Source: Lama glama (lineage: Eukaryota). Taken from it: 64,000 nucleotides of DNA. Below the pieces are notes generated by a model. The model was not told the origin of the DNA. It did not search any database and worked only from the letters and a program-made list of their open reading frames with translations. The stretch covers positions 35,590,001 through 35,654,000 of the forward strand of contig CM052817.1 of the NCBI GenBank assembly GCA_028534125.1. Reading direction: 5' to 3'. This document shows positions 25,517 through 37,832 of this stretch, in pieces (positions within the stretch are counted from its first letter, which is position 1; each line of letters starts with the position of its first letter). The translations under genes and the position numbers were made by a program.

Positions 25517-28500
25517 GTAAGCGGACCTTTCTCCTTTATAAGTGTACTCTATCCAAAAAAATGGAACAGTCTCAAAAATGTGAGAAATTTCAAACACCTC
25601 AGAAGTAAACAGAATGCCCCACTGCACCCACAGGTACCCATCACCTGTACTTAAGTTATCTGTATTTTGTCACATTTGGCAATTCATTTTTTAAACATAA
25701 TAGCTTTATTAAGATGTACTCCACTACCTCAGAATTCATCCATTTAAAATTGGAACGCATTGGTTTTAGTATAGTCACAGAATTATACAGCCAACACCCC
25801 AATCAGTTTTAGGACATTCTCACCCCAAGAAGGAACCCCTATCAGTGGTCATTCCCTTTTCTTCCCATCAGCCCTTTATTATTTCCTTTTAAATTGACTT
25901 TCAAATCTTTACAATTCAGGAGTCTCATTTAAAAGAAATATTTGTAGCTATTTATAGTTAATTTTCTTATTTACATTACTTTTTCCTGTTATGAATTGGT
26001 ACTTTTGAGGACTGATTACTGGTCTGAGCGAAATGGATAGGGTAATGTGGTACTGTATCCTTTGCATCACAAGTGAAAAGGGGCTGTGGGATGCTGTTTA
26101 CATCAGATCCCTTTTGCAGGAGTTAATCACTCTGTGGGATTGAACCCCAGGCTAAGTGGATCATAGTGAGGAGGGGAATTCATGTTGATTTACATGGTAG
26201 ACATAAATAATAAAACTTGTAGACAAAATTCCATTACAAGGAAGACATTTTCAGCAGGATTCTAAGCCCCAGCAGATGGCTTCTGTGTAATTTAGAGCTT
26301 TAAAATCTAGTCAAGTAAAAGAATTTGCATTCTCTTTGGAATTTGTTGTAGCCTGTGATTAATTGTCTCCAGGCTTTAAAACCATTTTATTTCAAAAGTA
26401 AAAAAAATTCAAACATGTCAAAACTGCATGACATAGGAAATGAAAGTTGGGAATCTAGACCATTAATCCCTTAACAGTTTTAGTTAAACAAACTGCTAGA
26501 TTTAACTAAACTCACCTGCAATATCCCAGATACCATATATACTTTAGCCATAAGTACTTTATATTCTTTTAACAGTTTTTTTAAAGCCTCGGGAACTAAT
26601 TTAGAATTGGCTGTAATCTGTAGAGCTTTAAAAAAAGATAGTAACTATGACATAAGGTCAAGTGCATGACTTTTGTGTGTACACCCTCATGAACTTTTTT
26701 GATTGAGGTATAATTGACAATGATGAATTACTACAAATATTTGTGTTCATAATCACCATGCAAGTCAACATAAAGAATATTACCAGCCATCCCATTTCCT
26801 TTGCCTCATTAAATTTTGATTCTGGGGTGGGGGTCAGTTATATTTTGATGATTTCAAAATTGAGTCGCTGAACAATTTAAAAAATTTTCCAAAAACCTAA
26901 AAATATTTTCAACAATAAATCTAAATTATTTGATTTAAGGACTTTTTTTAGAAGAAAAAAAAAGGAAAATGGAGAGAATTGGAGAAATTTCAGTTTTGGT
27001 GTGTAATTTCAATTTTTTATGTAAAAAAATTTTTTTAAACAGGAACTCTACTTTTTGCCATTTCTTAATTTTTTTTGTGATAGTGGTTTATTTTAATTTA
27101 ATTACAGTCTAGGTGACTAATTTTAATGGCTTATTTTATATACTTCATCATCCATTACTTTAGCTCCACATTAATTTAAGGTTTCCACAGTAAGGTTATG
27201 ACTTACATAGCTAACATTGGTTTTATATATCTCATTACATGTTTTAGCATTAAACTTACTTGGTTTAATACTTTTTAGAAAACTTCCACCTCCTGGTATT
27301 ACCTTATTTGTGTTTTTTTAAAAATATATTTTTATTGAAGTATAGTCAGTTTACAATGTTATGTCAATTTCTGGTGTGCAGCACAATGCTTCAGTCATAT
27401 AGGAACATAACATACATACATTCATTTTCATATTCTTTTAAACCATAAGTTACTATAAGATAATAAATATGGTTCCCTATGCTATACAGTATAAACTTTT
27501 TTTTTAAACAATTTGCTGGTGTATAAATAGAAGGATAATATTTTGATTAGTAAATTCTGAGAGGGTCACTGCTGTTAATTGCACAGTTCTGAAAATTGTA
27601 TTTATGGAAAAATAAATTCATTGAATGCTGTAGAGCAGAGGTAAATGATCATCATTGGAAATCACGTGTTTCTCATTTCTCACTTAGGTGGTAGCCTACT
27701 GTAAGATTCACTTAGTAGGTTTCTTATGTTCTTGATTGAGTACTCAGGGTTAGGTCATTTCTTCTCTATACTTATCTTCAGAACAATTTAGTGAAAAAAA
27801 TAGGGTAAGTGTTCACGAGAGAACCTCCGCCTAAAGTGATTTGCCCAAGGTCACATACAACTAAGATTGAAATTTCCAAATCACTTTTTAATGGGTCATT
27901 ATCTTGGTAGAGTCTGAGGATTTTCATTTGAGTCTTCAATCAAGAGATTTTTTATTTTGTGGTTTTGATAGTTAACCAGTTCAGAATTTCTGCTTTAAAA
28001 AGTGACATTTTTGTCTGTATGTGTGATTGAAAAATTACTAGCTTTTCTAAAGTATTTATGCCTATTTTGGTGAATTGCACAAATAGAAGCAATCTGTTTT
28101 GTTATAAAGAATTTAGAAGTAAATTATCCTTAGTTGATCCTTCATGTTAATCTGTAATGCTGTTTTTTTTCCTTCCATTAACTTTCTTTGGTAATAACTT
28201 AATTGATAGCATTTTACATACCATATAATTAACTGTGGATTGACCTATTCTGGTCATTTCATATAAATGGAATCATATAATATGTGGTCCTTGGTAACTA
28301 TCTTTTTTCACTTAGTATAATGTTTCAGGATTCATCCATGTCATGTATACAGAACTTGTTTTACTTTTATTGCCAAATAATATGCTCTTAAATGGATAAG
28401 TAACATTTTGTTCATCTGTTTATCAGTTAGTAGATATTTGGATCATTTCTACTTTTTGGCTGTTACGACTAATACCGCTGTGACCATTTACATACAAGGT

Positions 28501-29966
28501 TTTGTTTAGTCACATGTTTTTATTTCTCTTGGGTAAATATACATGTAGGAATGGAATTGCTAGGCCATATAGTAATTACGTTTAATCATTTGAGGAACTG
28601 ACACTTTTTCCCAAAGTGGTTGCACTATTTTACTATCCCACCAGTATTGTACAAGGGTTCCAAATTCTCCATATCATAACAAATACTTGTAAACATTTGT
28701 CATTTTGATTGTAATCATCCTTGGGTGTGAAGTCTTCATGTCTTTGTGGTTTTGATTTGCATTTCCCTTATGGCTAATAATATTGTGCATCTTTTTGTGT
28801 GCTTATTGGCCATTTGTATATCTTCTTTACAAAAATACTTTTAACTTTTTTCTTTTACTTTCAACATTTTTTAAGCTGTCTTAAAATTCTTCTGGGTCAA
28901 AGTAGGCATTCAAACAAAGTAGGCATTCTATTTACAGCTTATCAGTAACTACTGGCTAATAACGGCTGAATAGTGTCTTGGAACACATTTCACACTCATC
29001 AACACATGCTTTTGTTTCTCCACGCTGTCTTTTTCCTTGCCCCTTTTTAAAGACTCATCTATTACTATAACTCATATATAGACAAAATGGTAACAGATAT
29101 TTATTGAGGGTTTTATGTGCCAGACACTGTGTTAAGTGTTCTGCACGTATTATCTTGATTTAAAATTGCACACTTCTATTATTACTTTTATAGATGAGGA
29201 AGCTTGCCCAAGGTCATACTTACTATCTTGTGGCCAAAGAACAGATGAAAGCAAATTATCAAACTATTTTTTTCAATGTTTTGTGGTGACAACCCATGTC
29301 CAAAAAATACACCTTTCCTGCTTTTGAGTTTTAAATTCTTTAGTAATAAATCACTTGCCTCCTGTCTTCAGTTGCTCTCAGTCCCTTCCTGTGGCTTTAT
29401 GATTATAATTTGCTTTAACACTGACTTGACTATTTCATAAATGTCTTATCTACCACTTGAAACTTTTAGCTTAAAACAACAGGCCCCACTCAAAAATATT
29501 CTTGCTTTAAGCTAACAGTTTCCAGTGGAGATTTATCATTTCAAGGATCAAAAAAAATTATCCAAGCCATAGCATCAGAAAATTTGAGTAGTTTTTTTGC
29601 TTGTTTTTGTTTTTTAAGAGTAATTCTAATTTTTTAAAAAGTTCCTTGATACCTAATCAAGATAACTTTTCAGTTCTTTTATATTTAATGTAATAACATG
29701 GCATTACTGTGAAAATTAAAAGGGCTGTGTGGATTCAGAAAGTCAATGATTTTTTTTTTTTGTCAGCAAAGCTGAAATAACTAGTTATGTGTATTCTGAA
29801 TTAAATTGCTTACCTTTCTAATACATGATAAAAATTGGTCATTTTTCCAGGAATAGGGGGGAAAAATTCTTGTGAAAAAATGTTCAGTACTGAATGATGT
29901 GTATATTGTTAGTGAGAATTGCATCTGCCTTATTATATATGAACACTAGTTATTATATTTTTACAG

Positions 29967-30050
29967 GCGAACGCCCATATAAATGTGAACTTTGTCCTTA
30001 CTCTAGTTCTCAGAAGACTCACCTAACCAGACATATGCGTACTCATTCAG
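29967..30050 (+). CDS. REST: REST coding exon 3 (zinc finger 5), 84 bp
   Basis: ttacag|GC GAA CGC.. translates [27 protein letters not shown], donor G|GTTGGT; phase matches the flanking exons. Too short to appear in the ORF track. Confidence 0.97.
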
Positions 30051-33000
30051 GTTGGTAAGAAATGAAACTTTTCTGTCATTTTTAGTAAACTACCATTATA
30101 AGAAAGTTGTTCTAGACTTGGAACTGGGTCCTTATTTATGGTTTATTTTTAATATAATATTGAAATCAGAGTTAAAAATTAGGGATTTACTAGTGTGGAA
30201 GCTGTATTTAAACGGAGATTCCTAACCAAGAAGTCCATAGGTGGAATCTCTAACACTGAATGTAAATGTAAATGTATGTGTGCACCTTTCCTGGGAGGAG
30301 GGTCCTTAATTGTTACCAGATCTTACCAAGTTCCACAACTGTAATAAAAGTTGAACAGCTATCATAGACCAAGTCTGGTTTATCCTTTTAAAATAACCTC
30401 TACCTCCTCATACTCCTGCCAGACTCTTCTCCACCCCCCACCCCACAATGCTCCCAAACAGTATAATGCCAAGTTTCATAGTGTGTGGTTCTGGTTCCAG
30501 GGATTCCTTCTTAGTTGCTCAGGTCCTTAAATTTGGGTTTGTTGTCTTGAGAGTTGATAGGGCTTCTGAGTACTGATTTACAAAAGCCAGACTTTGAAGA
30601 ATGATAGATATTCCAGGATCCCAATTTATTAACCTATAATAGATAAAATGCAGGACTATAAGTGGGAGATTCATCCACTCAAGTGACTGAAATGATCATG
30701 ATCACCAAGCAGAACTGGTCCTCTATCAAAATATGTAGAGTGGCAAAGGTAAAAAGCCATAGGCAGCATAGATAGTCTTGAATGGATAATTATTTCATTT
30801 TGGCCACACTGACCCTTGGTGAAGAGGCACATCTGATCAGAGTAGTCTCCTGGATTTACAGTATAGACCCCTGTGGAGAAAGTATGCAAAAATCTTGCTG
30901 TTTACCAAAGTCTGTCTAGACCCAATCCCCTCAAGTTAACAATTACCAGTTATCTGAAGTTAACAGTTCTATTGTTTCATTAGATAGCCATGAGCCACAT
31001 GTGGTTGTTGGGCTTGTAAAAGGTGGCTGGTTTGAATTGAGATGTATCAAATATATACCGTAATTTAAACAGTATCAAGAAAATTATGCAAAATATTTTA
31101 AATATTAATTACTGAATACTGATACTGAATATATTGGGTTAAGTAAGTAGTAAAATTAATGTTACCTGTTTTTGTTTTTATCTTTGTAATGTGACCGTTA
31201 GACAAATTAAAGTTACGTATGTTGCTCGCATTTTATTTCTATTGGATATGGATATTTTTATGTCACTGGTTGAGTAAGACTTGATTACAGTATGGATTCT
31301 AAATTGAGCAGCAGTGAGGGGACCCAGCATGCTTGCTGGCCTTTCTTGACCCTACATGCCTATCATGTTATATAAGTTGAATGTTCCTTTTTAATCTCCA
31401 AAGCTACTGAATTGCATCACTTACCTGGAAACCTGATTTTAGTATTACTTTTGGGTGCTTCCTGCTTGCTTTTCCTGCAGGTAACATGGATGCTTTGTTG
31501 AGGGTAGACATCATGTCCTACTGATAGTCATGCTCTAGCTCTTAAATAAAAAAATATTGAAGTGCTTTTCATGAGTTATCTCATTTTTGTTTTCATAGCT
31601 GTCTTATGGTGTTTAAGTTCTACTTTCCCCATTTTACAGAAGGGGAAACTAAGGCATTGAAGAAATGCCATTTTCTTGTCCAAATGTCCCCTCTTCTGGA
31701 TTTGTCTTACTTGCTTTCTCATGGCATCATTTCATTTTTTCTCTGTCCCTGTACCTTGTATTATGTGTCCTTGTACACTGGAAATTAAATCTAAATACTT
31801 GAATTGTAGTTAATAACATGTCTCACTTGAAGTCATCTCTGGTTGACCTATTATTAGTGTCGCTGGATCAGAATGACAACAGACTTGTGTCTTTTTAATT
31901 GAATTGCTAATACTTTAGTCACTGTATAAATGTTTATCTATGGTGTTTCAAGCCAGTCAGTAATTATTGCCTGCGTGTTGCCTACTTTTGAACTTCCTTT
32001 GCTATATTTTAAAGGTGATTTTTAGTAGTTGCTGTTACAGTACAGTATTTAAGTAGTAAGTATTTAAAAAGTGTTAATAATGTATAGTACTATCTATCGT
32101 ATGCATGCTGGGTACTGAAAAATTGGGACTTGTTTTCTCTAATCTTAGTACCACTAGAATACTTAAATCCTGGTTTATAGATTAGGACTCCAGCTTGGAG
32201 AAGATAAATGCTTTATCTAAGGTTGTCATTCCTCCAAGTTAGAAGAGTTAGGGTTTGGCTTCAGACTCCCCAACCCTCATTTTCAGTCATCAGCGGTGTT
32301 AAAAGGACATAGTGGCTCAGAAAATGGCTCAGGAAGCTACAGCATAATGAAATTGGAATCGCAAAGTACAGATAGCAGAGCCTTTGTCTTTTATTGGATG
32401 CTAGTAATTTGTGAGTCACAAAGAGGAAGCAAGCACGGCCAGTCTGTTTTGTGTGTGTGTGCGCCGAATTATTTCTAGTCAATATGGTGTTTTAATAATT
32501 TTAGTATAAGTTGCTGATGACATGTGCAAGTCAACTGAGGCTAAGTGAGGTCAAATTGTGTAAGTAGTCTTTCTGACTGGGTTGCATGGAGTGAATATCT
32601 TGGGTGCCTTCCCTGTGATCTTTACAGGTCACATTAGGAATTGAGTTTCCTGTTCATGTAAATGTATTTTAGGGGAGAGAAGTGTGTGGTTAGTCTCTTA
32701 TTTCTGGAAGAGATTAGCTAAAATGACAAAGAAATTGGTTTATGAAGCAAAACCACATTGGTTATTTCCTTGGAGCACTTCGTTAGAGTAGGTCTTCTCC
32801 CACCAAAGTAGGTGTTACTCTGCGTTTTATTTTACTTATTTATTTTTTTAATTGAAGTAGTTAGTTACAACATGTCAGTTTCTGGTGTACAGCGCAATGT
32901 CCCAGTCATACTCTGCATTTTATTGGTGTTCGTACATAATGGTTTTAAGGTATCTTACTTGGATAGTCTAGAGATCCTGACGTAATCCACAGCTCTCCCT

Positions 33001-34964
33001 TTCATATTCTCAGGATATGCTACCATTTCATCCTGGATGAAATACATGCAGTTGTACTTGCCATTCTGATATTTTTGTAGATAACACACTGGGTGTGAAT
33101 AATTCCCCCGATCAGGTAGCATAGGAGTTCATTTTGGATATTTTCCCATTATGAGCAAAATGGATATTTGTTAAGGGAAATTAACGGCTTGCCAAGTTCC
33201 ACCTCCATTGACTGTTCTTTTTAAGGAGGAAAGAAAAGATTTTTTTTTTCAGCAAAAAAATTTATTTTCCTTTCACCAAATGTTTGATGATTATTATGGA
33301 GACACTATTTTAAAAGCTGGGCCATTTGAAGCATGGTTTGAGAATCTTCTTGTGAATTTTGAAATAATTTTTAAGCATTATTTTATTATGGTTTAATCTA
33401 CACACATGAAAATGCACACATTAAGTATATAGGTCGGTGACTTTTATGTGTTTTTTTTCCTGTTTGACTACTGCCTAGGTGAAGACATGAAACGTTTCTA
33501 CCACCCTCAAAAAGTTCCCTCCTTACCCTTCCTTGACAGTACTGCCAGGCACCCCTCACCTGATACTCTGACTTCCATCAAAAAACATTATGTTCTTCTG
33601 TAAAGTATTTTTGAGATTCATCCCATGCTGCATTATCAGAACTTTGTGTTTAGTGCTGAGTAGTAATCAATTATATGCCCTTCTTACTCTTTAATTAAAA
33701 AGTTCCCTTGCTATTTTTTCTGAGCTATTCTTAATAAGAATGTGTAAAGCTTGTAAAAATATTTTTCCTTTTGAATTTGCCTGACATCTATACATTAATT
33801 TGGAAAGAATAAAATAGACATCCGACACATTTATAAAGATGAAAAACAGGTAAATATTACTAGAATTGGAAAAGAGAATTAAGTTAAAACTGTTGGTACA
33901 GGGCAAAAAAATTTATAATCAGCTAGATACTAATAAACTAAACTTTTGATGACTAGATCTTTTAATACAAGAAAGATTCAATGGCAATAAAACAAAAATG
34001 GAGACAGGATGAATGGAGCAAGTAAATGATGCCATCATAGTTTAAAAGAGTCCTGCAAATTCCGATTCCCTGAGCATTTCATAGGTGGAGGCTTGTACCT
34101 TGCTTGATGAGGGCTCTATAAATACCATTATTCATTGAGGCTTTTAAAATGGCAACATTTTCATTATAATTTTTTTTATGAGAGCAAATGTTTTCGTAAA
34201 GATGTAAAATCCATTTACTAGTTATTTACTTACTCGGAGGTAGGGTTTATTTGGTAAAGCAGGATAAACACATGAAATCTTCCATTTTGTTTACTCATAT
34301 TGAAAATTACCAGCTCATTCCAAAAGTGATGATTTACAGGTAATGCATAGTGACTGCTTGGCTATCCACTCTGTGCTAAGTCTGTATGTGGATTAGATTA
34401 TAGCCCACAACACCTAAGATTGTTTCACAGATGAGGAAATCGAGCCTTATAAAGGAGTTTTCAGTAGTTTGCTGAAGATCTCATAGTAAGTTGCAGAGCC
34501 CATATTTGCCCCCTGCCGCCCCAGAAATCCTTACTGTAGAACAAGTTCTTAACATCTGTGTCACATATATTTTTCCCATTCTGCGTCTATGTTAAGCAAA
34601 TGTTTGTCTCCACTGAAATCATTCAGTGGAGAGGACAAGGTAGGGCCAAGTATAGAGTAATAATAGCATGTTGTTAGAAACCTCTGTTTGTGAATCTGTT
34701 AGTGGACAAATGCGGAAGAGTTGTCCAGTTAGCTTCATATTCAGTCTGTCATACTTGGGTAAGTTTTTGTTTCTGTGATTGAGTATTTTATTATCAGATA
34801 TCTTCTAATCATGTAAAGCTTACCATCTACATGGTTTACTTAATGTCTGAGTATTATTGCTTTATGAAAAAAATAAGATTTGATATGAATATGAGAATGT
34901 TTGAGAGATGACTTTTTCATAAATGTCAATTTCCATTTTTCTGCTATGCATTCCGTTGGACCAG

Positions 34965-35026
34965 TGGGGTATGGATACCATTTGGTAATATTTACTAGAG
35001 TATGATCTAGATGGGTATGTATTCAG
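34965..35026 (+). CDS. REST: REST neural-specific alternative exon N (REST4 truncating microexon; 16/50/62-nt forms)
   Basis: ccag|TGGGGTATGGATACC.. encodes VGYGYHLVIFTRV*; inner acceptor before 34999, donors after 35014 and 35026; UGC motifs just upstream. Confidence 0.88.
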
Positions 35027-35901
35027 GTAGAATGAGTTAATTTTATGCCTTTAATTTGGGGGTGGGGGGCTTCTGGTCTTGTATGTACCTGTGATTATGA
35101 CTTTCTTGGCTTATTTTACATACCATATCTATTTGTGTGCCCCTTTTCATTTACCTAGTTTCTTTGCCCATTCTTTAGAAGAAGGTGGGGAAAAAATCAA
35201 GAGCAGATTTCTGATTTGTCTGTGTTTGTTGTAAAATAGCGACTCTGTCACTGAAAAAGTCTGCTGAGTGAAACTTGACTCAGCTCTTGCCACAATGGAC
35301 AAAAGAGTTAAATTTAGAGAGAAAGTCATTTGCTCCCATTTGCTCCTTGAGGTCAAAGGATTGTTTTAAAACTCTGACATGGAAGCTAAGGGAGTGTAAC
35401 CTAGAATGTAAGATACTTCTTTTGTAGCCTCAAGGTTTATCTTAAATGTATGGAAATTTTATATTTTATTCCATTATACATTTGTTTTAGCTTAACATAA
35501 AAAATTAAAAATTATCTTCTCTCTTTGAATGTCCTTGCCCCAAAATTAATATCGGGAGCCCAAGTAACTTTGCCAATAATTGTTGTGTACTTCTTGATGA
35601 ATCTGTGTTCTTTACTAGTACTCAAGAGCCCTAGCTTGATGACCTTTTTAGAAGATGAGGATTAACTGAGATAATTATTCCTCCATTTGGTGTGAGAATC
35701 AATGTCAAGGGATAGGGAAAAGATATACAAATAAATATGGTGAATGTAAATTGCATGATAAAGTCTTCAAGAAATAGTTTTTATGGTTTTTTGTTTGTTT
35801 GTTTTTTTAACATGTATCCAATTCCTTGTAAGTATAATTGACTAGATCTTGAATTCATTTCTTCATGTATGTCTTCTGTAACATCTCTTGTTTACTTTCA
35901 G

Positions 35902-37832
35902 GTGAGAAGCCATTTAAGTGTGACCAGTGCAGTTATGTGGCCTCTAATCAACACGAAGTAACCCGCCATGCAAGACAGGTTCACAATGGGCCTAAACCTC
36001 TTAACTGCCCACACTGTGACTACAAAACAGCAGATAGAAGTAATTTCAAAAAACACGTAGAGCTACATGTGAATCCACGGCAGTTCAATTGCCCTGTATG
36101 CGACTACGCAGCTTCCAAGAAGTGCAATCTGCAGTATCACTTCAAATCTAAGCATCCTACTTGCCCTGATAAAACAATGGATGTCTCAAAAGTGAAACTG
36201 AAGAAAACCAAAAAGCGAGAGGCTGACTTGCCTGATAACAAAATTACTGATGAGAAAACAGAAACAGAGCAGACGAAAGTAAAGGGGGATGTGTCTGGGA
36301 AGAAAAATGAGAGGTCTGTAAAAGTGGAGAAAAAAGATAATGTTTCAAAAGAGAAAAAGCCTTACAGTAGTGCCTCAACCCAAGTGGCTACCAGAACTCG
36401 CAAATCAGCCACGGAAACTAAAGAAGTAGATGTGCATACAGGAAATAACTCAGAAAAAACCTTTAAAACCAAGAAAAGCAAAAGGAAGATGGAAGCTGAA
36501 GCCCATTCCTTGCAAGATCCTGTTAATGATGAGGAACTTGTGACAAAAAAGAAAAAGAAGGCAGAAAGCAAATCCAAAAATAGTCAGGAAGTGCCAAAGG
36601 GTGACAGCAAAGTAGATGAGAATAAAAAACAAAATATTTACGTGAAAAAAGGTACGAAGAAGAAGACTCTGAAAAATAAACCATGTAAAAAAAGCAGCAA
36701 GCCTGCTCAGAGGGAGACTGTTCAGAGGAGGCCTTCTCAGGTGGAGCCTGCGCAGGTGGGGCCTGCGCAGACAGAGCCTCTGCCTCCCACGGCATCTGCT
36801 CAGGGGGGGCCTGTTCAGACGGAAGCAACTCCCCCTGTGGGGCCTGCTGAGGTCGAGATTGTTCAGAAGGGGCCTGTGCACATGGAGCCTCCTCTTCCCA
36901 TGGGGCCTGCTGAGGTCGAGGTTGTTCAGAAGGGGCTTGTTGAGATGGAGCCTCCTCCCACGGAGCTGATCCCCAAAAGGTCTCCTCGAAAAGATAATAA
37001 GGAAAAGTCCAACATGCAGGGTGAAGTGGCACAGAAAGAGCAGGTCCTTATTGAAGTTGGCTTAGTGCCTGTTGCAGATAGGCTGCTTCTAAAGGAAAGC
37101 GCTGGTACACAGGATCTCTCAGCACCGTCACCACCTCTGCCAAAGGAAAACGTAAAGGAAGAGAAGACAAAAGACCAAAAATTATTCACTGCAGACGAAG
37201 GAGATAAAGAAGCCCCTCTTCAAAAAGTGGAAGCAGAAGAGGCAGATAAGAGTCTGGCTGGTCTTGCTGCTGTTACCAAGGAATCTGCCCCTATTTCATC
37301 CTCTGAACAAAACTTGAATTTGCCAGAGGGTGAAACTTCAAATGGTGGACATCAGGCTGACACTGTGCTTTGTGAAATGGAAGTGGATACTGAGGAGAAC
37401 AAAACAGAGAATCCCTCTGGCAGAGACTTGGCAGTTGAAGAGCCAGTTCCACCACCGCTTCTTCCTCTGCCACTGGAGAAACATGAAGCAGTGTCCAAAA
37501 CTGCTGTAGCATCACCTCCTGTCACCGTGGCAGTAAATGAGTCTCAGGAAATGGATGAAGATGAAGGCATCCATAGTCACGACGGAAGTGACCTAAGTGA
37601 CAACTTGTCAGAGGATAGTGATGATTCTGGATTGAATGGGGCTCGGCAACTTCCACAAGAAGCTAGTAGCAAGAATGCAAAGGAAGCCTCGGCAGTCAAG
37701 GTGACTGAGGGAGATTTTGTTTGTATCTTCTGTGATCGGTCTTTTAGAAAGGAGAAAGATTACAGCAAACACCTCAATCGCCATTTGGTTAATGTGTACT
37801 TCCTTGAAGAGGCAGCTCAAGGGCAGGAGTAG
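35902..37832 (+). CDS. REST: REST coding exon 4 (zinc fingers 6-8, Lys-rich and Pro-rich regions, degrons, C-terminal CoREST-binding finger)
   Basis: ttcag|GT GAG AAG: EKPFKCDQCSYVASNQHEVTRHARQVH..DEGIHS..CIFCDRSFRKEKDYSKHLNRHL..QGQE*. Exons sum to 895+84+1931 = 2910 nt, 969 aa, no internal stops. Confidence 0.98.
36838..36960 (+). repeat. REST: 63-bp coding tandem repeat (2 copies) in the REST Pro-rich region
   Basis: VGPAEVEIVQKGPVHMEPPLP and MGPAEVEVVQKGLVEMEPPP; tggggcctgctgaggtcgag at 36838 and 36901. Confidence 0.9.

Noticed and set aside
25517..25608. C-terminal extension of the 328-aa REST ORF
   Set aside because: Read-through into intron past the donor at 25516.
35865..35901. Met-initiated start of the 655-aa ORF as a separate gene
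   Set aside because: Intronic polypyrimidine tract upstream of the exon 4 acceptor.
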